This document shows positions 41,352-52,514 of a stretch of DNA of 64,000 bases, in pieces; position 1 is the first letter of the stretch, and the number at the start of each line of letters is the position of its first letter. Position numbers and translations under genes: made by a program. The notes beneath the pieces are model-generated. The model was not told the origin of the DNA. It saw only the letters and a list, made by a program, of their open reading frames with translations, and ran no database searches. The stretch covers positions 352,001-416,000 of the forward strand of contig JAPSGB010000003.1 of NCBI GenBank assembly GCA_035063585.1. Direction: 5' to 3'. The stretch comes from Polyangiaceae bacterium. Lineage in GTDB: Bacteria > Myxococcota_A > Polyangia > Polyangiales > Polyangiaceae.

Positions 41352-42365
41352 ATGCTCGAACGCTCCCCGCTCTCGCTCGGAACCGATCTTCGCCGCCGCG
41401 TCGGCGCCGCGGTGGTCGATGGCTTCTTTCGCGGCGTGAGCGCCGCCGGCCGGCTCCACCCGCGCGCGCGGCCCGAGCGGCACGACCTCGAGGTGCTTCG
41501 CGACGTGCCGTATCGCCCGAGCGGCCTCGCCGAACATCGACTCGACATCTATCGGCCGCGCGCCGGCCGCGGCGAGGGGCCGCTCCCGGTCGTGCTCTAC
41601 GTGCACGGCGGCGGGTTTCGCATCCTGTCGAAGGACACCCACTGGATCATGGGGCTCGCGTTCGCGCGCCGCGGCTACCTGGTGTTCAACATCAGCTACC
41701 GCCTCGCGCCGCGCGCGCCGTTCCCGGCCGCCATCGAGGACTCCTGCGAGGCGCTCCAGTGGGTTGCCCGGAATGCCGCGCGCTACGGCGGAGATCCGTC
41801 GCGTCTGGTCTTGGCCGGCGAGAGCGCGGGCGCGAACCTCGTCACCTCGCTGGCGCTCGCGACGAGCTATCGCCGCCCCGAGCCGTGGGCCGCGCGCCTA
41901 TTCGACGCCGAGATCCGGCCGAGCGCGGTGATCCCCGCGTGCGGGCTCCTCCAGGTCACCGAGCCCGAGCGCTTCCGTCGGCGCTGGCCGAAGCTGAGCC
42001 CGTTCATCTACGACCGCCTCTTCGAGGTGAGCCGCGCCTACCTGGGCGATGACCTCGTGCATCGCCCGGGCGCGCACGATCTCGCCGATCCGCTCGTGTT
42101 CTTCGAGCGCGGCGAGCGCCCGGAGCGCGCGCTGCCGCCGTTCTTCGCGCCCTGCGGGACCAGCGATCCGCTCATCGACGACACTCAGCGCTTGAAGCGC
42201 GCGCTAGATGGGCTCGGGGCGGAGTGCGTAGCAGAGTACTATCCTGGCGAGCCGCACGCCTTCCACGCCTTCGTGTTCAAGGAGAACGCGCGCCGCTGCT
42301 GGGGGCACACCTACGCGTTCCTCGACGAGCACCTCGGCTCAGCAGCTCACGCCGAAGAAGAGTAG
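41352..42365 (+). CDS. Alpha/beta hydrolase (HSL-family esterase/lipase)
   Basis: LDIYRP, HGGGF, YRLAP, GESAG nucleophile, DPL and HAF. Confidence 0.92.
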   Translation: MLERSPLSLGTDLRRRVGAAVVDGFFRGVSAAGRLHPRARPERHDLEVLRDVPYRPSGLAEHRLDIYRPRAGRGEGPLPVVLYVHGGGFRILSKDTHWIMGLAFARRGYLVFNISYRLAPRAPFPAAIEDSCEALQWVARNAARYGGDPSRLVLAGESAGANLVTSLALATSYRRPEPWAARLFDAEIRPSAVIPACGLLQVTEPERFRRRWPKLSPFIYDRLFEVSRAYLGDDLVHRPGAHDLADPLVFFERGERPERALPPFFAPCGTSDPLIDDTQRLKRALDGLGAECVAEYYPGEPHAFHAFVFKENARRCWGHTYAFLDEHLGSAAHAEEE

Positions 42366-43100
42366 GTACTGGTACGGGAGCTCGTCGTAGCTCCCGCAGA
42401 GCGCGAGCCCCGCGTCCTTCATCTCTCGCTCGACCTGCGCCGGCGCGATCCGCATCGCCTCTGGCGGCCCCACGGGGAGCTCGCCGAGCTTGAAGTCGAG
42501 GATCGCCACTCGCCCGTTCGGTGTGAGGTGCTCGGCGAGCGCGCGGAAATACGCCGGGCGGTCCTCGATGTGGTGATAGGTGTCGACCACGAGCACGAGC
42601 TCGGCCTGGCCCGTGACGCGCGGGTCGTTCGGCGCGGCGAGTCGCGCCTCGACGTTCGTGAGCCTCTCGCGCGCGGCGCGCTGCTTCAGCCAGTCCACCA
42701 TGTCCGGCTCGACGTCGATCGCCAGCACCTTGCCTTCGGGCACCGCGCGCGCGAGCCGAACCGTGAAGTAGCCGGTGCCCGCGCCGAGATCGATCACGGT
42801 CGCGCTCTGCGAGAGCCCGAGCGCTCGCACGACCGCGTCGGGGCGCTGCCAGGCGTCGCGCGCCGGATCGTCGAACACCTTCGCCCAGCGCTCGGCGTCC
42901 TGGAAGCGGTGGTGCCCGGAGCCCGCGTGCGCGAGCGGGGGTCCGCCGTGAGGTCCGCCGTGGGCGCCGCCGTGATGGGGGTCTGGGCGGACCGGCGCGG
43001 AGGCCGGCGCGCGCGCTGGCGCGGCCGAGCAGGCCGCGATGACGAGGCCGGCGAGCAGGGCGCTCGCGGCGCCCGGCGCGTTCTTCGAGAGCACTCTCAT
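42339..43100 (-). CDS. Class I SAM-dependent methyltransferase with lipoprotein-like N-terminus
   Basis: RDAWQRPD, VIDLGAGTGYF, AIDVEP, VDTYHH and LPYQY. Confidence 0.9.
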   Translation of the reverse strand: MRVLSKNAPGAASALLAGLVIAACSAAPARAPASAPVRPDPHHGGAHGGPHGGPPLAHAGSGHHRFQDAERWAKVFDDPARDAWQRPDAVVRALGLSQSATVIDLGAGTGYFTVRLARAVPEGKVLAIDVEPDMVDWLKQRAARERLTNVEARLAAPNDPRVTGQAELVLVVDTYHHIEDRPAYFRALAEHLTPNGRVAILDFKLGELPVGPPEAMRIAPAQVEREMKDAGLALCGSYDELPYQYLLFFGVSC

Positions 43101-43282
43101 GTCGTCCTCCAGTCGAGCGCGTCACTATAGGACATCGGAGGCGAGGGTCGGGTCATGGCCGTCGTATCGGGTGAGGCAAGCGATTCACACCGACGGGCGT
43201 TCACGGCGTTCCCGCGCCGGGCCGACAAGTCCCAGACTTCACGGCCGGGGGCCCTCGGCACGGCGGCTGCAAGCGCGGTTGC

Positions 43283-45058
43283 ATGCGCCCGGTCACCGCT
43301 GGTTGGCTCCTCCTCCTGTTCGGCTTGGCCGGCGCTCCCGGGCGCGCGCGCGCGCTCGGGCTGGCGCTCTCGCCGGACGGCGCGGCGCGTGTCACGGAGC
43401 TCCGCGTCGCGCTCGCCGAGGGCGGCGCGCGCCGGACGCTCTGGAGCGAGCTCACGTTGGCGTGCGAGCGAGGCGAGGTCGCCGTGCTGCTACCGGTCGC
43501 GCCCGGCGCGCTCCTGGATCCCGCCGGCGACGAGTGGTTCGCGGCGCTCGATGCGGCGACCGCGCCGCGGATCGTCCCGCGCGGGGTCGCGCCCGCGGGT
43601 TGCGCGACGACGCCGCGGGTCGAGGTCACGCTCGCCGCCGAGCCCCGCGCGCGGCTCGAGCCGCGCGAGCTCGCCGAGTTCGACTCGGTGGACGAGGTCG
43701 AGCGCTGGGCCGTCGCGCGCGGCCTCGCCCTCGACGGCGCTGCGTCGGCGCGCCTCGCGCGAGCCGGCACGCGGTTCGTCGGGCTCGTGTACGACGCGCC
43801 GAGCGGCGGAGGCACGACCGCTCCCGTGCGAGTCGTGGAGCCGGCCCTCGGGGGCGGCGTGCCGCTCTCGCTCGCGGCGCGGCCCGGAGCGCCGGTACCG
43901 GTCACCGTGTTCACGCTCACGGGCGGCGCGCGAGCGCTCGCGCCCGGCATGACCCTCGACGCCTCGCGGCTCGGGCCGACCTGGCGGTGGCGGAGCGGCT
44001 CGAGCGACTACGCCGATCGCTCCGCGGTCGCGCTCGAGGAGGCCGTGAGCGCGCTCTGGCTCGAGGAGGCGCGCTCGCCGGCGCTGCTCTTCGACCTCAC
44101 GCTGCTCCCCGGCGCGGCCGGGGCGACGCCACCGGTGGTTGGCGGCTACCTCCAGCGCGCCGCGGCCTCGCGCGCGACCGACTGCGCGGCGGCCGCCGAC
44201 GCGGCGCGGCGGCTCGACTGGCGGGTCGCCGAGGCTTGTCCGGCGGGCGTCCTGGCACGGGTTCGCGACGACGCGGGGGCCGAGCCCCCCTGCGTCGAAG
44301 CAGTGGCGCCCGGTGAGACGGATCCTGCGACGCTCCGCTGCGATGGCGCGGACGATCTCGCGCTCGGGCTCGCCGGCTCGCGCCCCAACGAGGTGGTCGT
44401 GCTCCGCGCGCGAGGGCTCGTCACGGCGAGCGATCCGATGGCCACGCTCGAGCCGACCGACACGCCGAACCATGCGCCGATCATCGTCGCCGCGCGCACC
44501 GACGCCGCCGGGTGTGAGCCGGCGAGCGGCACCGGCGGCGCCTCGGGGCAGGATCCGGGCGGCGGCGTGACGGGCGCGGGGCAAGGGGGAGGAGCGTCCG
44601 CGCCACGGGGCGAGCGCGCCGGCGGCTCCGACCAGACCGTCCAAGTGGCGCTCGACGCCGGCTGCGACTGGGGTTCGTCGTCGTCGAGCGATGGGTCGGC
44701 CTGCTCGGGCGACAGCTCGTCGTCTTCGAGCGACGGTGCGACCTGCTCGGGGGACAGCTCGTCGTCTTCGAGCGACGGGTCGGACTGCTCGGGGGACAGC
44801 TCGTCGTCCTCGAGCGACGGGGCGACCTGCTCGGGCGACAGCTCGTCGTCTTCGAGCGATGGAGCGACCTGCTCGGGGGACTCCAGCTCGGGTAGCGAGG
44901 ACGGCTGCAGCGGCGGCTCGGAGGGCTCGGAGGGAGACACCTGCTCGCTCAGCCGGAGGAGGGGGCGCCCGCGCGCCAGCGTGCTCCTGCTCGGGCTCGC
45001 GGCCGTGGCCTTTCCGCTGCGGAGAGCCTCGCGGCGTAGCAGGCCCCCGCGCACCTGA
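43283..45058 (+). CDS. Secreted DUF2330-like protein with Ser/Asp/Cys repeat stalk and MYXO-CTERM-like tail
   Basis: Signal peptide, LLPVAPG...WFAALDAATAPRI, repeats, and a C-terminal CS...hydrophobic...RR. The family call is tentative. Confidence 0.6.
   Translation: MRPVTAGWLLLLFGLAGAPGRARALGLALSPDGAARVTELRVALAEGGARRTLWSELTLACERGEVAVLLPVAPGALLDPAGDEWFAALDAATAPRIVPRGVAPAGCATTPRVEVTLAAEPRARLEPRELAEFDSVDEVERWAVARGLALDGAASARLARAGTRFVGLVYDAPSGGGTTAPVRVVEPALGGGVPLSLAARPGAPVPVTVFTLTGGARALAPGMTLDASRLGPTWRWRSGSSDYADRSAVALEEAVSALWLEEARSPALLFDLTLLPGAAGATPPVVGGYLQRAAASRATDCAAAADAARRLDWRVAEACPAGVLARVRDDAGAEPPCVEAVAPGETDPATLRCDGADDLALGLAGSRPNEVVVLRARGLVTASDPMATLEPTDTPNHAPIIVAARTDAAGCEPASGTGGASGQDPGGGVTGAGQGGGASAPRGERAGGSDQTVQVALDAGCDWGSSSSSDGSACSGDSSSSSSDGATCSGDSSSSSSDGSDCSGDSSSSSSDGATCSGDSSSSSSDGATCSGDSSSGSEDGCSGGSEGSEGDTCSLSRRRGRPRASVLLLGLAAVAFPLRRASRRSRPPRT
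44675..44890 (+). repeat. 42-bp tandem repeat, about 5 copies (coding SSSSSSDGATCSGD)
   Basis: TGC codons recur at 44702, 44744, 44786, 44828 and 44870. Confidence 0.9.
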
Positions 45059-45106
45059 TGAATCCCGGCTGCTTCGCGCCGAGATGCGCGTTATGTTCCT
45101 CGGGCC

Positions 45107-45577
45107 ATGACGAGGCTGCTGGTGCCGACGGACTTCTCGGAGACCTCGCGTCTCGCGCTAGGCTACGCGCTCTTCCTCGCAGAGCGGTGGGACGCGAGCA
45201 TCGAGGTCCTGCACGTGTGGCAGCTCCCCGCTTACGTGAGCCCGGACTTGACCCTGTGGCGAGCCGGCGCGCGCGAGCGGCCGCTCCACGAGGTCGCTGC
45301 CGCCGAGTCCGGCGCGCGGATGGACGAGTTTCTGAGGCCGCTCGACGACGCGCAGCGCCGTCGAGTGACGGTTCACGTCCGCTCCGGTGAGCCGGTCGAC
45401 GTCATCCTCGAGCAGGCCGCGTCGAGCGCCGCCGAGCTCATCGTCATGGGCACCCAAGGCCGCTCGGCCTTCTCCCAGCTCTTCATGGGCAGCGTCGCGG
45501 AGCGGGTCGTGCGGCGCGCGGCGTGCCCGGTGCTCACGGTCCGCGCGCACCCCGAGGACGACGCCCGGGAAGGGTGA
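45107..45577 (+). CDS. Universal stress protein
   Basis: LLVPTDFSETS and LIVMGTQGRS...MGSVAERVVRRAACPVLTV. Confidence 0.93.
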   Translation: MTRLLVPTDFSETSRLALGYALFLAERWDASIEVLHVWQLPAYVSPDLTLWRAGARERPLHEVAAAESGARMDEFLRPLDDAQRRRVTVHVRSGEPVDVILEQAASSAAELIVMGTQGRSAFSQLFMGSVAERVVRRAACPVLTVRAHPEDDAREG

Positions 45578-45605
45578 TGCGTTTCATCAAGAGAGGAGAG
45601 GCCTC

Positions 45606-46076
45606 ATGCCCCAGCTGAACCGAGTCCTGGTCCCCACGGATTTCTCCGATTGCTCGCGCGCGGCGCTCGACTACGCGGTGAAGTTCGCGCAGTCCTTCGG
45701 CGCGACCATCGATCTGCTCCACGTGTGGGTGATACCCCCCTACATCCCGCCGGAGGCGATGGTCGGCGTCCCCGGCAACGACACCCAGAGCCTGAGCGAG
45801 CTCGCGCGCGGGTCGGCGGAGCAAGAGATGCAGGACTTCGTCAAGGCGCTCCGCGAGCAAGGGATCGCGATCGAGCGGACGCTGCTCGACTCGGGCGATC
45901 CCGGGCGGACCATCGTCGACGTGGCGACGCGCGACGGCCACGACATGATCATCCTCGGCACGCACGGGCGCACCGGGCTCTCGCATCTCCTCATGGGGAG
46001 CGTCGCGGAGCGGGTCGTGCGCTACAGCACGGTGCCGGTCCTCACCGTGCGAACGCCGGCCAAGGCCGCGCGCTGA
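45606..46076 (+). CDS. Universal stress protein
   Basis: SD GAGGAG; VLVPTDFSDCS and LGTHGRTGLSHLLMGSVAERVVR. Confidence 0.93.
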   Translation: MPQLNRVLVPTDFSDCSRAALDYAVKFAQSFGATIDLLHVWVIPPYIPPEAMVGVPGNDTQSLSELARGSAEQEMQDFVKALREQGIAIERTLLDSGDPGRTIVDVATRDGHDMIILGTHGRTGLSHLLMGSVAERVVRYSTVPVLTVRTPAKAAR

Positions 46077-46086
46077 GTGCGGGCGC

Positions 46087-47214
46087 ATGGACCGCGCGCC
46101 GGACCTTCGCGTCCTCGACGAGCTCCGCCCGTCGGCCGACGCGGGCGCGCGCCTCCGGCACTTCCACTCGCTAATCGCGCCGCAGCTGCCCGGCGTCGCC
46201 CGGGAGCTCGTGGGCGCGCTCACGCGGCTCGGCTCCGCGAGCGCCGGCGCTCCCTCGGATGACTCCGCGCTCCTCGTCTGGCTCGAGGCGGCGCTGCTCG
46301 GGCCTCACGACGCCGAGACCGTCACCGCCCGAGCTCGGGAGGGAGCAGCGAGCGTCGAGCGCGGGCTCGACGAAGTGGCGCTCGTCGCTACGGTGGGCCT
46401 CGCACGCTCGCGGCTCACCGAGCTCGCGCTCGACGAGCTCGCCGCGGACGCTGCGGGCCCGGGCCCCACGCTGCAGGCGCTCGGGCTGGCGCTCGATCAG
46501 GCGCTCGCCGCGATGCTCGGCGCGAGCCGAGCCCGCGCCCTCGAGCGCTCGAGGGTCGACGAGCGCATCGCCGCCGTCGGTCAGGTCGCCGCCAGCATCG
46601 GGCACGAGCTCCGCAACCCGCTCGGCGTCATCGACTCTTCGCTGTCGCTCATTCGCCGGCAGCTCACGCGCGCCGGCGCGCTGGACGGCGCCGTCGTCAC
46701 GCTGCTCGACAAGATCGAGGTGGAGGTGGTCATCTCGGGCCGGATCATCACCAACCTGCTCGACTTGGCGCGCAACCGCCCGCCTCGTCGCCAGCAGGTG
46801 GACGTGGCCGCGCTCGTGGAGCACGCGATCGAGCTCGCCGCGCTCGGGCCGGGCGTGCAGCTCCGGTGGGAGGTCGAGCCGGGCCTCTCGCTGTCCGGCG
46901 ATCCGGACCAGATCTGCGGGGTCGTGACCAACCTGCTCGTGAACGCCGGAGATGCGATGGGGGGCGCGGGAGGCGTCTGCCTCCGCGCCTGCCGCGACGA
47001 CGGCGGGCTCGCCATCACGGTCGAAGACGAGGGCCCGGGGATCCCGCCCGAGGACGCCGAGCGTATCTTCGACGCGCTCTTCACGACCAAGTCGAAGGGT
47101 ACCGGGCTCGGCCTCGCGCTCGGCCGGCGCGTCGCCGCCGCGCACGGCGGCCTGCTCGTGTTCGAGCGGCCCGCGCGGGGCGCGCGGTTTCGGCTCTGGC
47201 TCCCGGACGCCTAG
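46087..47214 (+). CDS. Sensor histidine kinase with degenerate protoglobin-like N-terminal domain
   Basis: H-box GHELRNPL, N-box NLLVNA, DEGPGI, FTTK and GTGLGL; the N-terminus has a globin-like helical pattern. Confidence 0.85.
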   Translation: MDRAPDLRVLDELRPSADAGARLRHFHSLIAPQLPGVARELVGALTRLGSASAGAPSDDSALLVWLEAALLGPHDAETVTARAREGAASVERGLDEVALVATVGLARSRLTELALDELAADAAGPGPTLQALGLALDQALAAMLGASRARALERSRVDERIAAVGQVAASIGHELRNPLGVIDSSLSLIRRQLTRAGALDGAVVTLLDKIEVEVVISGRIITNLLDLARNRPPRRQQVDVAALVEHAIELAALGPGVQLRWEVEPGLSLSGDPDQICGVVTNLLVNAGDAMGGAGGVCLRACRDDGGLAITVEDEGPGIPPEDAERIFDALFTTKSKGTGLGLALGRRVAAAHGGLLVFERPARGARFRLWLPDA

Positions 47215-47275
47215 CCCGGCTGGCCCAGCCGCATCCGCGCTTGCTCCACCCTACTCGCTCGACCAGACTCCGGCC

Positions 47276-48358
47276 GTGCGTCAGAGGCCCTCGGCTCGCT
47301 TGCTTCGCTCGGTCGTCCGCGGCGAGCGAAGGCGCCTGCGTCGGGCGCTCGAGCGCTCGGAGCGCCATCACCGTCAGCTCATCGAGGCGATGCCCGGCTT
47401 CGTGGTCGTGCTCGACGCGGGCGGCGCCGTCACGCTCGTGAATCGTGCGTTCGAGCTCGCCACCGGGCTGTCCCGCGACGAGCTCATCGGCCGCGCCGCG
47501 GGTGACTGGCTCGGCGACGGCTCCGGCGACCGGCCCCTGCGGCTCGAGAGCGGAGGTGAGCGGCTGGTCCGCTGGCGTCTGGTCAGCGTCGACGGGGGAC
47601 GGGAGACGTACGCGATGGGCGTCGACGTGACCGAGGAGCGCGGCGCCGAGGCGCGCTCGCGGCGCGACGAGCGGCTCGCCGCGGTCGGCACGCTCGCGGC
47701 CGGGCTCGCGCACGAGGTCCGCAACCCGCTGAACTCCGCGCTCCTCCAGCTCCAGCTCCTCGAGCGCCGCATCGACCAGGGGAGGCTCGAGCCGGAGCCG
47801 CTCCGCAGCGTCGCGAGCCTGGTGAAGGATGAAATCCGGCGCCTCGATCGTCTGGTGGAGGACTTCATCTCCTTCGCGCGCCCGCGCCCGCTCATGCTCG
47901 AGCCCACCGACGTGGGCGCGCTGGTGTCATCGGTCGCCGAGCTGGTTCGCCCGGACGCCGCCGCAAAGAACGTGGCGCTCGAGCTCGAGCCCGCGCCCGC
48001 GCTCGCTCCGGTCGAGCTCGAGCCCGAGCGCATGCGACAGGTGCTGCTGAACCTGATCCGAAACGCCTTCGAGGCCATGCCGGAGGGCGGCCGACTCTAC
48101 CTGCGCGTCGGCGCGGCGGCGCGGCCCGGGGGCGCGCGCATCGAGGTCGAGGACACCGGCTCCGGCATCCCCGGCGGCGCCGCGGTGTTCGAGCCGTTCT
48201 ACAGCACGAAGTCCGCCGGCACCGGGCTCGGGCTCGCCATCGTGCATCGCATCGTCACCGAGCACGGCGGCAGCATCGAGGTCGAGTCCGCGCCGGGACG
48301 GACCTGCTTCGCGATCGTCCTGCCGGCACCCCCGGCTGCGCTCGCGGAGATTGCGTAA
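47276..48358 (+). CDS. PAS-domain sensor histidine kinase
   Basis: PAS ([18 protein letters not shown]), [20 protein letters not shown] and GTGLGL. The start is uncertain. Confidence 0.85.
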   Translation: MRQRPSARLLRSVVRGERRRLRRALERSERHHRQLIEAMPGFVVVLDAGGAVTLVNRAFELATGLSRDELIGRAAGDWLGDGSGDRPLRLESGGERLVRWRLVSVDGGRETYAMGVDVTEERGAEARSRRDERLAAVGTLAAGLAHEVRNPLNSALLQLQLLERRIDQGRLEPEPLRSVASLVKDEIRRLDRLVEDFISFARPRPLMLEPTDVGALVSSVAELVRPDAAAKNVALELEPAPALAPVELEPERMRQVLLNLIRNAFEAMPEGGRLYLRVGAAARPGGARIEVEDTGSGIPGGAAVFEPFYSTKSAGTGLGLAIVHRIVTEHGGSIEVESAPGRTCFAIVLPAPPAALAEIA

Positions 48359-48363
48359 GCACG

Positions 48364-48407
48364 ACGCAAAGCTCGCGCGTCACGGCATGCTGGCGCAAAC
48401 TCTGCGC
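48364..48407. promoter_or_regulatory. Tandem palindromic enhancer-like sites (GCGCA-N5-TGCGC)
   Basis: Perfect GCGCAAACTCTGCGC at 48393-48407 and degenerate ACGCAAAGCTCGCGC at 48364-48378. Confidence 0.55.
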
Positions 48408-48460
48408 CGCCGCTCGGCGAGCGGCCGCATGTTCGCGCGGACTTCAGCGATTCTTGCGCG

Positions 48461-48476
48461 TGGCACGTCGTGTGCT
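48461..48476 (+). promoter_or_regulatory. Putative sigma54 (-24/-12) promoter
   Basis: TGGCACGTCGTGTGCT with exact GG-N10-GC spacing, upstream of SD GGAGGA and a TTG start. Confidence 0.7.
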
Positions 48477-48513
48477 TGTGCAGATTTCGCGTATCGCCCC
48501 GGGAGGACTGAGA

Positions 48514-49899
48514 TTGGCCGCTAAAGGACGCATCCTCGTCGTCGACGACGAGTCCAACGCCAGGAACGCGCTCGCCGAGCTCTTGAAGGAGGAGGGCTAC
48601 TCGGTCGAGACGGCCGCGGACGGCTTCAAGGGTCTCTCGCGGTTCCACGAGTTTGGTCCCGACCTCGTGCTCACCGACCTCAAGATGCCGGGGATGGACG
48701 GCATCGAGCTGCTCGGCAAGGTGCGTGAGGCCGATCCGGACGTGTCGGTGATCGTGACCACCGCCTTCGGCGCGGTCGAGACGGCCGTCACCGCCATGCG
48801 CGCGGGCGCGCTCGACTACCTCACCAAGCCCATCAACATCGACGAGCTGCTCATCGTGCTCGAGCGCGCGCTCGAACAGAGCCGGCTCCGCCGTGAGGCG
48901 CACGCGCTCCGTTCCCAGCTCGCGGAGCGCTACCGCTTCGATAACGTGATCGGCTCCTCCCCGAAGATGCAGCAGGTGTTCAAGACGGTGGCGCAGGTCG
49001 CGCCGAGCCGCGCGACGATCTTGCTCACCGGTGAGTCCGGCACCGGCAAGGAGCTGATCGCGGCGGCGATCCATCATCGCTCGCCGCGCGCGGGCGGCCC
49101 CTTCGTCAAGCTCCACTGCGCGGCGCTCGCCGAGAGCCTGCTCGAGAGTGAGCTCTTCGGCCACGAGCGCGGAGCGTTCACCGGCGCCGATCGCCGGCGC
49201 GAGGGGCGCTTCGAGCAGGCTGACGGCGGGACGCTCTTCCTCGATGAGATCGGGGAGATCTCGGCGTCGACGCAGGTCAAGCTCTTGCGCGTGCTGCAAG
49301 AGCACGAGTTCGAGCGAGTGGGTGGCAACCAGACGGTGCGGGTGGACGTGCGTGTCATTGCGGCGACCAACCGCGAGCTGAAGCAGCAGGTCGCCGAGGG
49401 GAAATTTCGCGAAGATCTCTTCTATCGCCTCAACGTCATCAACATCCACCTGCCCTCGCTCCGCGAGCGCACCTCGGACGTGCCGGCGCTCGCCACGCAT
49501 TTTCTCGAGCATTACGCGCGCGAGAACCAGAAACCGATCACGCGCTTCAGCGACGCCGCGCTCTCGCGGCTGGTGGGCTATGACTGGCCGGGCAACGTCC
49601 GTGAACTCGAGAACGTGGTCGAGCGCGCGGTAGTGCTGGCCGAGGGCGCCCAGATCGAGCCCGCGCACCTGCCGCCCGAGGTCGAGCCCACCATCGAGAC
49701 GCGCGCCGCGCCGCTCATCCCCGGCGCGAACATGGCTGACATCGAGCGCTTCGCGATCCTCTCCACGCTCGAGGCGCAGGGCGGTTCGACCAGCCGCGCC
49801 GCGGACGTGCTCGGCATCAGCGTGAGGAAGATCCAGTACAAGCTGCAAGAGTACGGTCGCGCGCCGAAGAGCGGCGTCCCGGCGGTCGGCGCGAAGTGA
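48514..49899 (+). CDS. NtrC-family sigma54-dependent response regulator (REC-AAA+-HTH)
   Basis: [50 protein letters not shown] and a Fis-type HTH; TTG start after GGAGGA. Confidence 0.95.
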   Translation: MAAKGRILVVDDESNARNALAELLKEEGYSVETAADGFKGLSRFHEFGPDLVLTDLKMPGMDGIELLGKVREADPDVSVIVTTAFGAVETAVTAMRAGALDYLTKPINIDELLIVLERALEQSRLRREAHALRSQLAERYRFDNVIGSSPKMQQVFKTVAQVAPSRATILLTGESGTGKELIAAAIHHRSPRAGGPFVKLHCAALAESLLESELFGHERGAFTGADRRREGRFEQADGGTLFLDEIGEISASTQVKLLRVLQEHEFERVGGNQTVRVDVRVIAATNRELKQQVAEGKFREDLFYRLNVINIHLPSLRERTSDVPALATHFLEHYARENQKPITRFSDAALSRLVGYDWPGNVRELENVVERAVVLAEGAQIEPAHLPPEVEPTIETRAAPLIPGANMADIERFAILSTLEAQGGSTSRAADVLGISVRKIQYKLQEYGRAPKSGVPAVGAK

Positions 49900-50041
49900 G
49901 GGCGCCCGCGCCGGCGGGCTCGAGCGGAGGGGTGCCGGTCCGGCGCGGAAGCGCGCCGGCGCGCCGGCTCGACTCTCGCGAGATCTTGGCGGCGCGCACG
50001 CCGCGCTGGCGTCCCGCGCCGCACGCGATAACGCTCACCGC

Positions 50042-50581
50042 ATGACCACCGACGCGGAACCCTTCCGCCGCTGCAGCACCTGCAAGAAGCCCATCGATTT
50101 CGAGGCCGCTTACTACGAGTGCAGCGTCTCGACCTGCAACCGCAAGCGGACCGGGCTCTACTTCTGCTCGCTCGGATGCTGGGAGGCGCATCTGCCGATG
50201 ATGCGGCATCGCGACGCCTGGGCGGTCGAGGCGCGCGCGCCGACGCGCGAGGCTCACGCCGCCGAGGAGCCCGACGAGCCGGCGCGCGTCGAGGCTGCGC
50301 GTCCGGCGATCTCCGAGCCCGCGCGCGCGTCGAGCGCCGAGCACGGCGCGGAGGCGCGGCGGCGCGTGGTCGCCTCGCCGCCCGACGCCGCCGAGGAAGA
50401 CGTCCTCGTCGTGGTGTCGAAGCTCAAGGCGTACGTGCGCGCGCGCTCCGGTATGAACACCTCGGACGCGGTCGCGCACCGGCTGTCGAACCATCTCCGA
50501 CGCCTGTGCGACGCCGCCATCCAGAGCGCCGAGCGCGACGGGCGGCGGACCCTGCTCGAGCGCGACTTCGACCGCCGCTGA
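50042..50581 (+). CDS. Zinc-finger (ZZ-like)-histone-fold fusion protein
   Basis: N-terminal CxxC-CxxxxC-CxxxC-H-H; C-terminal VLVVVSKLKAYVRARSGMNTS...AERDGRRTLLERDF histone fold. Confidence 0.8.
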   Translation: MTTDAEPFRRCSTCKKPIDFEAAYYECSVSTCNRKRTGLYFCSLGCWEAHLPMMRHRDAWAVEARAPTREAHAAEEPDEPARVEAARPAISEPARASSAEHGAEARRRVVASPPDAAEEDVLVVVSKLKAYVRARSGMNTSDAVAHRLSNHLRRLCDAAIQSAERDGRRTLLERDFDRR

Positions 50582-50756
50582 GCGCCTCGAGAGCGCCCGA
50601 GGTTCCTCCGAGACGCGCCGACCGGCCCACGGGCCGACCAGCGGCGCGAAGCGCGTCACGCGACGCGCGAGGCGGCCGGGACGCGCGCTTCCGCGCCGCC
50701 GCGACACCAGGACCCCGACCGGGCGCGCGGCAAGCTACCATGCCCCTCGTTTCACG

Positions 50757-52367
<1,611 letters not shown>

Positions 52368-52514
52368 CGCGCGCGACGCTCGGCGGCAGTTCACGCACGC
52401 ATCGGCGCGTCGCTGCGAGAGGGTCCGGCGCGTTCGCGAGCTCGACTAGACGTTCGCGAAACCCTCGCCCGCTCGCCTTGGAAACGCGAGCGCCTCGGTC
52501 TAGGGTGGCGGCCC

